Source of the DNA: Mobula hypostoma
Lineage: Eukaryota
Length of the DNA stretch: 64,000 nt
Reading direction: 5' to 3'
Assembly (NCBI RefSeq): GCF_963921235.1
Contig: NC_086108.1
Span: 36,334,001 to 36,398,000 of the forward strand
Shown one piece after another: positions 25,761-38,742 of this stretch (positions are counted from its first letter, which is position 1; the number at the start of each line of letters is the position of its first letter). The notes beneath the pieces are model-generated. The model was not told the DNA's origin, searched no databases, and worked only from the letters and a program-made list of their open reading frames with translations. The position numbers were made by a program, and so were the translations under genes.

Positions 25761-26789
25761 TCCTTACTAGCAAGACCTTGCTAAATTGTAATATTTTTCT
25801 GTTGGATATCATCACAGAAAATTCCAGACTCATGACCTCATTTAGAACAATGTAATTTGTAATTACGCGATATATGCCCTACTGGAATGTTTCCTTCAGA
25901 ATTCAAGTTAAAGGTAGATTTTATAGTGAACACATGAAAAGATTTAATAACTTTATCATACACATTTCGAGATCCTAGGATAAGACATTAAAAGGGTCAG
26001 ATGAGCTGTAATTTCCCAAATGCTGATTAAATTTGCTTAAAAGATCTGGTATAAAGCAGTATGCGAGGGGCATGATCATTGTATTAGTGAAAGTATAACA
26101 ACAAATATATCAAAATAAACTTCATTATGCCCAGTAGTTGTTGATTTTGGCAAAGTCTTCTGACTGGAGAGTGATTTCTCTCACTGTAGCTCAGCAGCAG
26201 AGGCAGTGAGTCAGAGGTTACTATCATGTTAACCACCGTGCTTATTGTCCTCATTGGGTACCCTTTTCGCTCATTTGCATTGGCTGACGTACGTCGACTT
26301 ACTTTTGTCTTCCATCTTCACTGCTGAGATGGTAATTAACAGCACTTGATACGGACCTTCCCATCAAGTTCTCAGTGGTTCCTTACGTGCTCCTTAATCA
26401 GGACAGAGTGTGTCCTCCTCCTTTTGGATTACTCAAATTGACAGAAGCCGGCTGAGAAGCAGACTGTACAACTTGACTTAATTTCATACAAAAGTTAACT
26501 ACACTGCTATAATGTATATGTCAGCCTCTCTGAGATTGAGGGCTCCCAGCAGTGATATAGAACGTCCTATTATCACCTCAAATTGACTTAATTTAGTTTT
26601 CTTGTTTGGGGTTCAATGCTACACCAGACCATAGGAAGAGCCTTAGACCATGGTACACCTTCCTTGTGATACTTAGCCAGTTGTTGCTTGATGGTTCCAT
26701 TCATTTGTTCGACTTGTTATAATTACTATTCTATAGATTTGCTGAATATGTCCACGGGAAATGAATCACAGGATTTTATTTGATGTCAA

Positions 26790-29755
26790 TCCACAGCAGG
26801 GGTGTGTGAAAAGAGCTACTTTTTGAATCAGGGTAGAGATCCAAGTTTTGAAGGCAGAGTTTCGTGACAGTTTTTTTCTGATTTGAGGAGCGAACAATCA
26901 GCAAGTGGCAGTGCAAAAAGGAGCTATCTTTTCAGTCAGGTCTGCATTTCTACATTGGAGATTTGAAAAGCAGAGTTCCAGCCAGTTTTCTCTGAGTTGG
27001 ACAATTCGTGCACGAAAAGAGCTACTTTTTAATCAGAGTGCCAGTTTCAGGTTTTGAAGGCAGAGTTTTGCAGTAGTTTTTCTGATTTGAGGAGTGACCA
27101 GTCAGCAAAAGGGTTTCATTAGAAAGGGCAAATAGGAATAATTCAAGTGAAACCAAGCAGCCATTCTTTTGAGTGCGCCATTCTTTAGAATGGCTTTGGC
27201 TCATCGGGCTTAGGTGAGATCAGGTTTGGGTGAGGTAGATTGTCTTGTAACTTTGTCTCTCTCTCTGTTCTTATTTGTTCATTCCTCATCTATTAGTGCA
27301 TAGTATAGTGAGAATGGCTCCAGAGGCAGTGTTTTGTGCTGTGTGTGGGATGAGGGAATATTATAGTGGGGAGCTGAATGTCCAGGGATACACATTATAT
27401 CAAAAGGTCAGGCAGGAAAGCAAAGGGGGTGGTGTGGCTTTGTTGGTAAAAAATGAAATTAAATCATTAGAAAGTGGTGACATAGGATCAGAAAATGTAG
27501 ACTCATTGTGGATAGAGCTAAGGAACTGCAAGGGTAAAAAGACCCTGATGAAAGTTATATATAGACCCCCAAACAGTAGTAAGGAGGTAGTCTACAAGTT
27601 ACAACGGGAGGCAGAAAATGCATGCCAAAAGGATGTTAGAATAGTCTTAGGGGATTTCAGTGTGCAGGTAGATTGGGAAAACCAGGTTGGTGCTGGATTC
27701 CAAGAGCGGGAATTTCTGGAATGCCTACGAGATGGCTTTTTAGAGCAGCTCTTGGTTGATCCCACTTGGGGATCAGCTGTTCTGGATTGGGTGTTGTGTA
27801 ATGAACTGAAATTGATTAGAGAGCTTAAGGTAAAGGAAGTCTTAGGGGAAAATGATCATAATATGATCAAATTCACTCTGGTACTTGAGAGCTAAAGTCA
27901 GATGTATAATTATTGCAGTGGAGTAAAGGAAATTACAGAGGCATGAGAGAGGAATTGCCCAGAGTTGATTGGAAAAGAACACTGGCAGGGATGATGGCAG
28001 AGCAGCAATGGCACAGGATATATACATCCCAAAGAGGAAGCAGTCTTCTAAAGGAAAGATGACACAACCATGGCTAACAAGGTAAGTCAAGGCCAACATA
28101 AAAGCTAAAGTGAGGACATATAATAGAACAAAATTTAGTGGGAATTAGGAAGCTTTTAAATACCAACAGAAAGCAATTGAAAAAGTGATTAAGAAGCTAA
28201 AGATGGAATACGAAGGTAAGCTAGCCAATAATATTAAAGATGATACCAAAAGTTTCTTCAGGTACATAAAGGGTAAAAGAGAGGGAAGAGTGGATATTGG
28301 ACTGCTGGAAAATGATGCTGAATAGACAGTAATGGGGGTCAAGGAAATGGCACATGTACTGATTTAAGTATTTTGCATCAGTCTTCACTATGGAAGACGC
28401 TAGCAGTATGTTGAAAGTTCCAGATGAAGTGTGTGAAGTTACCATTACGAGAGAGAAGGTTCTTGGGAAACTGAAAGGTTTGAAGGTAAATAAGTCACCT
28501 GGACAAAATTATTTATGCTCCAGGGCTCTGAAAGAGGTGGCTGAAGAGATTGTTGAGATTTTGGAATAGTTCTGAAAGACTGAAAAATTACAAATGTCAC
28601 TCCATGCAGCTAGGAAATTATAGGCCAGTTAGTCTGACCTCAGTGGCTGGGAAGATATTGGAGTTTGATAATTAAAGATGTAGTTTCAGGGCACCTAATA
28701 AAATAGACTGTAGTCAGCATGGTCTTCTCAAGTGAAAGTATTGCCTGACAAATCAATTGGAATTCTTTGAAGAAATAACAAACATGTTAGATAAAAGTTG
28801 ATGTGTGCTTGGATTTTCAGAAGGCCTTTGACAAAGTGCCTCACATGAGGCTGCTTAACAAGCTACGAGCCCGTGGTATTACAGGAAAGATACTAGCATG
28901 GGTAAAACAGTGGCTGATTGGCAGCGGACAAAGAGTGGGAATAAAAGGTGCCTTATCTGTTTGGCTGCCAGTGACTAGTGGTGTTTCACAGAGTTCTGTG
29001 TTGGGATCGATTCTTTTTACGTTATATGTCAATGATTTGGATGATGGAATTGATGGCTTTGTTGCAAAGTTTGCAGATGATATGAAGATAGGTGGAGGGG
29101 CAGATAAGTTTGTGGAAATAGGGTGGCTATAGAAGGACTTAAACAGATTAGGAGAATGGGTAAAGAAGTGGTAGATGGAATACGGTGTCAGGAAGTGTAT
29201 GCTCATGCACTTCGGTAGAAAAAATGAAAGGTTGATTATTTTCTAAATGGAGAGAAAATACAAAAATCTAAGGTGCAAAGGGATTTGGGAGTCCTTGTGT
29301 AGGATTCCCTAAAGGTTAATTTGCAGTTTGAGTCTGGTGAGGAAGGTAAGTGCGATGTTGGCATTTATTTCAAGAGGATTAGAATATAAAAGCAAGGTTG
29401 TAATGTTGAGACTATAAAGCACTGGTGAGGCCTCACTTGGCGTATTGTGTGGAGCTAAGACCTGAGGACATAGCCTCAAAATAGAGTGGCATCCTTATAG
29501 AACAGAGATGAAGAATTTCTTTAGCCAGAGTGTGGTGAATCTGTGGAATTAGTTGCCACAGGCAGCTGTGGAAGCAAAGTCTTTATGTGTATTTGAGGCA
29601 GAGGTTGATAGATTCTCAATTGGTCAGGGCGTGAAGGGATGTGGGGGGAGGGTAGGAGATTGGGGCTGAGAGGATAAATGCATTAGTCATGATGAAATGG
29701 CAGAACAGACTCGATGGGCCAAATGGGCTAATTCTGCTCCTATATTATTGTCTTT
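26790..29755 (+). mobile_element. Long CR1 LINE with internal deletions, inserted in a Rex1 3' tail inside the ERV integrase region
   Basis: EN ORF 27275-27895 (GGGVALLV, VIYRPPN, GDFS, NDHN); RT motifs (DFQKAFDKVPH, FADD); CR1 3' tail at ~29730. Confidence 0.88.
26800..27110 (+). repeat. Three diverged ~100-bp tandem units at the CR1 5' end
   Basis: Repeated gaaaagagctacttttt..ttttgaaggcagagtt..tctgatttgaggag at ~26805, ~26912 and ~27012. Confidence 0.65.
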
Positions 29756-31971
29756 AATATGTACTTTGATCTTTGAACTTGCCCTGATGACTGGGTGATG
29801 TAGACAATGAAAAGACCACTAATATTCATCAGTCACTATAATTCCTAATAAACACTCCCAGTGAAATGTGTTCCTTGGTCAGAGTGTGGCAGTGACGTTT
29901 CTTGCTGAAATAGTTTTTTACCCATCTTAAAAACCTGTCCAGTATTACCAGTATGTCTGAGTATCCTGACATTTTGGCAAAGAAATGTAGTCTACTTGTA
30001 GGTGTAAAAATTAACCAGGTGGGGCAGTAACACTTAACTATGTTAACGTTTCCATTGCTCCAAGATTCATTTTCTGGCTGCATCTTTGCGTTCTGAACTC
30101 TGGATTCCACCACCATTGGGAGAATTTGTCGATCATCTTTTGCTCTTCTGTCTTAGGGAGTGTGTCTGCTGTATCAGATAAGGAAGCAACATAGTTGGAG
30201 TTGCTTGTTTTTGTGCCATACCTACATACTGCTTCATTGTTTAATCTCCCATCATTCTCCATCCAGAGCCACTTTTCCCAGTTAATGCACTGAGCTTGCA
30301 TCTTAAATATCTTGTATGTCAATCTGTGATGTATACTTCATCTTCATTTCCATAATTCCAGTTGTCGGCTTCACTGCATGTGTTCTTTGTGGTCTTTTAC
30401 TTTTTTTTTTACTTCTTTTACCCCTTCTGTAATTTCATCGACGAATGCATTTCCATGGCTTTTCATTGTAGTGAGTTTGGAGTGGCTTTTACATTTTAAC
30501 ACAGCACCTTCTGATGCAGTTGTATGACATTACAAGTTCTTGTACCAGTTGACCAATCTTGATTGGGGTTCCTACAGTTGTAAGAAATCCCCTTTGTCCC
30601 CATAAGTTTCCGAAATCATTAAGAACTCCAAAAGCGTATCGAGAATCAATGTAGATATTAGCTAATCTTTCTTCTACCAACTTACAGGCTTCAGTCAGAG
30701 CTCTTAGTTTTGCCTGTGGCACAGAGGTACTAGGAGCCTGGAATTCATCTCAATAATTGAGGGACAATTTGTGTAAAAGTCTTTGGCAGAGTAATAACCA
30801 ACAGGATGCTGTCAGTCTTCATGTTTTTGAGTTAACACTGCTATCATGTGATTCTTGTTGACATAGAGGGTAAATAGTTTACCTGTATCAGGGTTTCTTA
30901 ATGCAGGTACAGTGCACAGTGTTGCCTTTAAAGTTTAAAATGCCTTCAGTTCTTCATTAAGAGTCACAGGGTTGTCTGAGTGCTTACTGCCCTTCAGCAG
31001 ATAGTTGTGCAGTTGAGAAATTGTTCATGAATCTGCTATTAGCTTGCCAGTGCATTGACTAGTAATAGTTTCATCTTCAATCCTGCGGAGCTTTAGTCCC
31101 TCAGTCTTTATTGGAACCAGCTGTGACATGACTGTCCATTTTATTGTTTCATCACTATCATCCTCACTTGAGTTGATAGGGGCCATTGCAGAGTCCATGT
31201 CATGTCCATCTTGTAATTCCTCTGAGTTCAGATGGTGGTGCTGTGTTGGATGACTGTTCAACATAGGCTGTAGTTCATCGGAGTTTGGAATGTGTCATTT
31301 TCGAGGATTTCCGATGTAGGGGTGTCAGAAGTAGTGGCACTGGCAGCATCACTAGAAGTGTCACTGGAAGTGTCACTAGCAGAACTGCCCACTTGAAGGC
31401 CTGGCTTGGCTCTTTGAAATTGACCCAGTCTGCTTTGAAGCTCCGTACACTGCATTTCAGTTGATTACAGTTGTCATGATGCTTTTTCACTCATTTGATT
31501 AACGCAGTGATTTGTTCATTAGAATTTTTATTGTCTCTATCAGACCTTTTGTGTTTCTTTCCCAGTCGATTAGTAAAAGTGTTTATATGCACCTTTAACT
31601 TTATCATTTGCTTGCACACTTACCAAACTGACTGAGTATTCTTATCATTGGCTCACGCATTCCGTCTTATCATTGGCTCACGCATTCCAGGCTTTTCCTT
31701 TCCCACAAGCAGTCTCTGGATCTTATCATATGCCTTCTTATTCTTAATAAACTTAACATAGATGGTATTTTTCATCTGCATTTTTTGATTAATTTTATCA
31801 AACTGAGGTGTTTTATTCAGGTAACAGCTCATAGAAAGTTTCATAACTTTGGCCACTGTTTTAATTCTGCCTACTTTTTAATTACTTAGACCACAATCTC
31901 GAAATATTAATAGATTGCAATCAAAATTTTAATAGGTTTTTCTGCAACCCAAAGTTTTCTCACACACACTG

Positions 31972-33310
31972 CTTCAAAGTTCAAAGTAAAGTTGAAAGTA
32001 AATTTTTCATCGAAGTACATATATGTTACCAAATACAGGTGTCCCCCGTTTTACGAAAGTTTGCTTTACGCCACTTCGCTTTTACAAAAGACCTACATTA
32101 GTACCTGTTTTCGCTAATCAAGAGAAATCAGGAGGATTTTCGCTTTTATGAAAAAAGGCGCCTGCTTTAAACTTGTGTTTACCCCGAGAAAGACTACCAT
32201 GACTGTGAAGCCCTGCGCGGGCAGGTGTGTGTGCGCATGCGTGTATGTGCCAATTTTTTTCCTACAGATCTGTTTTGGCTAAATCTTACCAATTCTGACA
32301 AGTGAAACTACACTGTACATACATTATTTCTACTTTATGTAGGCTGTGTATTTATTATATCATTCCTGCTTTTTACTATATGTTAGTGTTATTTTAGGTT
32401 TTATGTGCTATTTGGTGTAATTTGGTAGGTTATTTTTTGGGTCTGGGAATGCTCAAAAATTTTTCCCATATAAATTAATGGTAATTGCTTCTTCACTTTA
32501 CGCCATTTTGGCTTATGAAAGGTTTCATAGAAATGCTCTACTTTTGGATAGCGGGGGAAACCTGTACAGTCCTGAGATTTACTTTCCTGTGGGCAATCAG
32601 AGTAAATACAAGAAGTACGATAGAATCTATGAAAGACTGCATTCAACAGGAAGGACAAGCAACCAATATGGAAAAGACAGCAAACTGCAAATACAATAAG
32701 AAAGAAAAAGAGAAATGATAATAATAAATAAATATGCAATAAATATTGAGAACATGAGATGAGTCCTTGAAAGTGAGCCAATGTGTTGTGGGAACAGGTC
32801 AGTGATAGGGTGAGTGCAGTAATCTCTGCTTCAAGAGCCACGTGGTTTGAGAGGTGATAATTGTTCCTGAACTTGGTGGTGTGGGCCCTGAGGCTCCTGT
32901 ACCTCCTTCCTGATGGCAGCAGCAAGAAGAGAGCATGGCGTGAATTGTGGGGGTTCTTGATGATAGATGCAGCTTTCCTGCAACAGTGCTGCATGTAGGT
33001 GTGCTCAGTGGTATCCATGATGGACTTGGCCGTAACCACTACTTTTTGTCGGCTTTTCTGTTCAAGAGGATTGGTGTTTCCGTAGTAGTCAATATACTCT
33101 CCACGACACATGTATGGAAGTTTGTCAAAGTTTTGCCTGAAAATGGTGAAGTTTACAAACTCTTAAGGAAGTAGAGGTGCTACTGTGCTTTCTCTATAAT
33201 GGCACTTATATGCTGGACAGATTCTCTGGAATGATAACACAGAGGCACTTAAAGTTGCTTACCCTCTGCACCTTTGATCCCCCGGTGATGACTGGCTTGT
33301 GGACTAGTTT
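31972..33310 (-). mobile_element. Rex1/Babar 3' fragment split by a Tigger MITE
   Basis: CCRKAASIIKNPH..LFLLLPSGRRYRSL motif; tail repeats ttcaaag. Confidence 0.75.
32036..32564. mobile_element. Tigger-type MITE
   Basis: TA|caggtgtcccccg...cgggggaaacctg|TA; same family as 54299-55170. Confidence 0.85.
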
Positions 33311-33324
33311 TTTTTTCTCAGACA

Positions 33325-33622
33325 ATTTAGAATTATACTTTATACTTTATTGTCTCCAAACAATTGATACTAGAATGTACAGTCATCACAGCAATATTTG
33401 ATTCTGTGCTTCCCGCTCCCTGAATTACAAATCAATAGTAAATATTAAAAATTTAAATTATAAATCATAAATAGAAAATAGAAAAATGGAAAGTAAGGTA
33501 GTGCAAAAAAAACAGAGAGGCAGGTCCGGATATTTGGAGGGTACGGCCCAGATCGGGGTCAGGATCCGTTCAGCAGTCTTATCACAATTGGAAAGAAGCT
33601 GTTTCCAAATCTGGCCGTACGA
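33325..33622 (-). mobile_element. Rex1/Babar 3' end (family of 60752-61941)
   Basis: Reverse complement of 61630-61941. Confidence 0.8.
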
Positions 33623-34385
33623 GAATTTAAATCTTCTTTGCCACAGGATTTAAGTGAGACCCTCTCTCATTGCTCCCCCTCTGTGATTTCTGCTTTCCCC
33701 TGGCTCTTTGAGCATGTGTTCAACTAGCACCTATTACCTTCTAGCTTTTCCTCCTCCCCACCCCCAACCTATTTATTCTGTCATCTTCCCCCTTCTTTTC
33801 CAGCCATGATGAAGGGTCTCAGCCTGAATCATTGAATGTTTATCCCTTTCCATAGCTGCTACCTGACCTACTGAATTCCTTCAGCATTCTGTGTGTGCTG
33901 CTCTTACCTCCTGTTTAGGTGCCTAAAATTTAGGTGCCTAAAATTTCTCACTTGGTTTGGGATTCTTCCAATAAATCTTTGTAACCATCCTGCTGATTAC
34001 GCGAAATAGTTAGATTCTAATGTTTTAATTCAGGTACTTTTAGAGGTCTGGAGAGAGGCATAAAACTTGTTGTTTCACGATTGTTTTATTAAGCGCGAAT
34101 AGAAAAGAGAACATTAAAAATGGACAGTAACAAGAGCAGAGGCAACTAAGTTAAGGGAGAGGGAAACAAAAGCAATGCAGACCAAAGACTAAAAGATTGC
34201 GGAGCCTGAGATCATCTCTTTTTACACCCCAAAGATAAGGAACGTTCCATTCATATTCTGAGGTAAGAGTTACCTTATTCAAATAATGCAGCACCAGAAG
34301 CTTCCAGAGCTTTCCAGAATCATACAGATGCAACCTTTAGGAGACACACTGAACAACTGCATATACGTACTTGTGGTTACTAGGA

Positions 34386-34387
<2 letters not shown>

Positions 34388-34429
<42 letters not shown>

Positions 34430-34500
34430 CATACACACACACACACGCTGTATATATAATGTGTATGTATATATGTGTGTATATATGTATTATATATAAG
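34388..34500. repeat. (TG)/(TA)/(CA) microsatellite
   Basis: Direct reading. Confidence 0.9.
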
Positions 34501-34650
34501 CAGTTATATAAAATGCAAGCAGACAATTAGATGCTAAGCTGCAAAGAAAATAACAATTCAACAGTCTAACATAGTGGTCGCCAACCGGTTGATCTTTGAG
34601 ACTTTCTCTGAAGATCCCAAAAAAAAAAGAAAAATAAATACACAAATACT

Positions 34651-34958
34651 GTTGTAATGTGAACATTATAAAAATAAGTAATACTAATTGGATAATGGTA
34701 ATATAGCAATACTCCTGCTACTGCAGTTTGTGAAGAGAGATTGTTTCCAGGTTGCAGGGTTTTATTTCCATTCTTTCTGCCCAGTGCGCATGTGTATAGC
34801 TCCCCCGCTATGCACCGTGGTAGAAAAGACCAGAAGTAAAACACCGCAAAACGGAAGCAACCTCTCTTTACAAACAGCTTTCCATAATGAGAGTATTGCT
34901 ATATTACCATTATCCTAATTTGCATTAACTTATCTTTATAATGCTCACATTACAGCAT
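34651..34958. repeat. Inverted repeat, probable hAT-type MITE interior
   Basis: 34651-34713 is the reverse complement of 34889-34958; hAT-like end tagtggtcgccaacc at ~34572. Confidence 0.55.
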
Positions 34959-35166
34959 TTCTCCCCCTTTAAATTCCAACATTCCCCAAATGTAAATAAC
35001 TGGGAAACAAAAAACAGTGGTGTCATTACCTTGCGTACCTCTGAAACTTATACTAGTGTCAGATTCAGCATTCAGTCTAACAAAGGAAACTGTCTATTCA
35101 AATATTCAGTCTGTCAGGAGGTTTGCGAGGGTGCTGTGCTACAACAGATGAAAATTATGAAATCTG

Positions 35167-35377
35167 GGCCGGCTGGTGGCATAGTGACATCGGCGCTGGA
35201 CCCGGGAGCGGGGGTTCCTGGGTTCGAAACCAGTCGGGTCCACTCCCAAGTACGCTTTCCATCCGTGCCGGGGTTGAGTGTCGAGATCACAACTCGACCT
35301 CGTAAAATAAAGGGAAAAATACTGCGAAAATGTCTGTGTGAGGAGTGGTGTATCACACAGTCAGTCAGTCTCAGTCT

Positions 35378-35440
<63 letters not shown>

Positions 35441-35900
35441 CCTCTCTCTCTCCCTCTCTCCCTCTCTCCCTCTCTCCCTCTCTCCCTCTCTCCCTCTCTC
35501 CCTCTCTCCCTCTCTCCCTCTCTCCCTCTCTCCCTCTCTCCCTCTCTCCCTCTCTCCCTCTCTCCCTCTCTCCCTCTCTCCCTCTCTCCCTCTCTCCCTC
35601 TCTCCCTCTCTCCCTCTCTCCCTCTCTCCCTCCCTCTCTCCCTCTCTCCCTCCCTCTCTCCCTCTCTCCCTCTCTCCCTCTCTCCCCCTCTCCCTCTCTC
35701 CCTCTCTCCCTCTCTCCTCTCTCCTCTCTCCCTCTCTCCTCTCTCCCTCTCTCCTCTCTCCCTCTCTCCTCTCTCCCTCTCTCCTCACTCCTCTCTCTTC
35801 TCTCCTCTCTCCCCTCTCTCTCTCTCCTCTCTCTCTCTTCTCTCTCCTCTCCCCCCCGCCTTGTAAGAGCCATGAAAAAGACATCATCATGGAAAAGTGA
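35167..35900 (+). mobile_element. tRNA-derived SINE containing an expanded CT-rich microsatellite
   Basis: A box tggcatagtg, B box ggttcgaaacc; shared core gagtgtcgagatcacaactcgacctcgtaaaa. Confidence 0.7.
35381..35857. repeat. (CT)n/(CTCTCTCC)n pure pyrimidine microsatellite, ~475 bp
   Basis: Direct reading. Confidence 0.97.
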
Positions 35901-37149
35901 AAGTTTAGACCATACTATGAAACCCACTTTATCTCATTTCTACTATTTAATATGAAATGTTGGCATACAATTTAGTTTTGCAGTGTTAAAGCCTGGAAGA
36001 TTAGGTCGTTATATGCATATTGTGACCATATTATGATTGAACACGCATTCAGACTTTATTTTTGTGATAGCAAAGGTTTCCATAAAGTTTTAACCATCAT
36101 TAAACAAATAGGCAATTTGCAAAAAATTGTTCATCATTGACCATATATATGAGCAACCTACTGGTCCAAACTAATGGCAACTATTCACACTTCTTTTTCT
36201 ATATGGAGGTGATCAATCACTGAGCTATACATGGCTGCCAGAGAAGTTCCTGACAGGTAAAGCACTAAGCTTAGACCAGGTTTGATTTGATTGGTGGTGA
36301 CCTTGGTCATAATCTGATGTGACATGTGACAATGAGATGCTCTGCCAGTTTCTGATGATCTGCCTTTGTGGATTCTGAAACCTCACCAGCTGGACGCATA
36401 GTGTTGTAGATTTCAGCAGGTGTGGGCTGATCAGGTGCAGAGCTAAGCAGAGCATGGCCAGGCCATCATTTTCAGGAGTTTTACTTGCCTTAAACAAGCA
36501 GACTTGCTCTTACACACATTGATCCAGACTCTCCCATTTGCTGTCATTTAACATTTCTGAGATAGAAGACAGGTAATTATAGCAGCCTGTATTATCTGTT
36601 GTCTTTAAATTATTTAATTTAGCACTCGAGGACTTGTAAAACCTTAACACATTTTACTGATCCATCCTCTTCTTTAAGATTGCTCGTCTGAACTTTTTTG
36701 AAGAAACATGAGCATTTTTCATCTTGGTCCACAAAATGAACTGTGGGTTGGAAGCTGACTTGAAAGGATGGAAGCACAGAATAATGTTTGCTGTCTCTTT
36801 AGGAACATCTAAGAGACAAATGGCTGAAGAAGGAGAAATCTGATGGGAGGGGACTGGCTTCTGCCCACTTCTTTTCCAGTCCTGATGAAAGTTCTCGGCC
36901 CAAAATATCGATTGTTCATTTCCCTCCATTGGCACGGCCTGTCCTGCTGAGTTCTTCCAGCATCTTATGTGTGAAGCTCAAGATTTCCAGCATGCAGATA
37001 ATCTATTGTGTTTAAGTTTGGGGCAGCCATCTCCATTTAAAATTTCTGAGCTGAATTGGTATTTCACCAGTCTGTCAGTTTTACAATCTTGTCATGTGTT
37101 AAATGGCATTTCAGTTATGGCTAGTACTATTCTGTTATACATTAGAGTA

Positions 37150-37548
37150 GCTAGCTGGTGGTGCAGTGGCATCCACACTGGATTTCAAGACAAGTGGTCC
37201 CAAGTTTGAATCTGGTCAGCTCCTTGCACACTTTTCATCCGTGCTGAGTTGAGTGTCGAGCTAGCAACTCGGCCTCGTAGGAAGCAGACAAATGCTAAAG
37301 AAACAGCAGACTTTCTGCTCTATGTGCCACAAGTTGAAGAGGAGGAGAAGAAGAAGAAGAAGAAGAAGAATAGCCCTTAACTCGGCAGTGGAGTTATCGG
37401 GGCACCGTCATGACGGTGTTTCCGTAGCAAGCTATTCTTGTTTTTACGAGGCCGAGTTGCTAGCTCAACGCTCAACCCGACTTGGATTCGAACACGGGAA
37501 CCTTGGCTCCGGAGTCCGGCGCTGATATTATCGTGCCACCAAGCGGAA
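37150..37548. mobile_element. Two related tRNA-derived SINEs: + copy 37150-37340 with a - copy (37345-37548, (TTC)n tail) inserted in its tail
   Basis: Shared core gagctagcaactcggcctcgta in opposite orientations; B box gttcgaatcc on the minus strand; duplication gttgaagag. Confidence 0.7.
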
Positions 37549-38349
37549 ATGTTGAAGAGAGGAGCAACAATAATTTTTGTAATCTAATGTACGTTCTATT
37601 TCCTTTAATAAAGTATAATTCTAATCTTGTTTCAGAATATTTGCATATCAGGTGTACGTACATTTGTTTTATTCTTTATAAAGATATTACATTGATCCTT
37701 TTCTAAATAAATACACTCTGAATTATTCACATTAGGCAATTATGCAAATTCTAAGTTCAACCAGTCAGCATCAGTGGATGTTGTAATCCAAGTTATTAGA
37801 GGGATTCACATGACAGTCACATAACACATTTTGAGAGTTGTGTGTTGTACATCCATGGATAATTTAGGGATGATTTTTACTTGTATCACTTCTTTGGGAT
37901 TTTGCCTTTTGCAGTATGATGCTTTTTGAAAGTTATTAGTGGCACATTTTGTTCAAAATAACTTTTTTAAACAAAATTATTTAAAATATTGGTGTCATTA
38001 TGGAAAAAATACTGAAGCATTCCTGTTAGCAGTTCTTGTGCCTCCACTTGCAGCACCATTGAATTTTTGATAAAAATAATTTGATTTTTCCACTAAGATG
38101 TCTGATTGTTTGGGGACTGGTTCCTCAAATACTAGACCTAGTGCAAAGTATGTAACTATATTAAATGTATTTTGGTTAAATTTTGGAATATTTTGAGGCA
38201 AAAGAAGTAATGCGCAGAAGCAAATTTGCAAAATATTTTGTATAACTATGATTGGATATTTATGTAATGCATATTGGTTATTTCCAGTTTTATTCCATTA
38301 ATCTATATATTGTAACAATATCCTATTTTTAATCTTTTTCCACCAACAG

Positions 38350-38385
38350 TTTCACAAGCAAGGCCCCCACCAAATCAAAAGAAGG
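38350..38385 (+). CDS. CDC73: CDC73 internal exon (36 bp, equivalent to human exon 12)
   Basis: caacag|TTTCACAA...AAGAAGG|gtaag. Translates (V)SQARPPPNQKK(G), in frame with both flanking exons. Confidence 0.95.
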
Positions 38386-38634
38386 GTAAGAGGCATGATT
38401 TAGCAGTTGTACTTTCTTTGCTTTAATTTGCACCTCTGCAGCCAAGAAATATTGTGGTAAAAATTTTCTGGACAGTACTCTGTACTTTAGAATCTGGTAT
38501 AATAAATGGTAGAAGTCTTTGCGTTTTTAAATTGCATGAATCAGGACAGTGTTATAATGGTGTTGAATGTTTTCTAAAGAAAAAAACTGTTATTTTCAGT
38601 CCCAGCTGTCATTGGATAGTAAAAAATCTCATAG

Positions 38635-38742
<108 letters not shown>

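Larger units (their letters stand above)
24770..34500 (-). mobile_element. Decayed class I (gamma/epsilon-like) endogenous retrovirus with pol, env and two LTR-like direct repeats; heavily interrupted
   Basis: RNase H (LRALTEACKL..ANIYIDSRYAFG, 30489-30722); IN core (LVILDRF..WV, ~29830-30120); IN GPY/F (WEGPYQVLL, ~26280-26370); env ~25210-25760. Direct repeat 24840-25035 ~ 34212-34387. Confidence 0.75.

Noticed and set aside
34958..34975. Polypurine-tract-like aaagggggagaa followed by TG, as an LTR start
   Set aside because: The adjacent sequence is one arm of the 34651-34958 inverted repeat, so an LTR boundary is unsupported
34941..35955. Long ORFs (173-319 aa) in several frames
   Set aside because: Products of a stop-free CT microsatellite (SL/ER repeats); not genes
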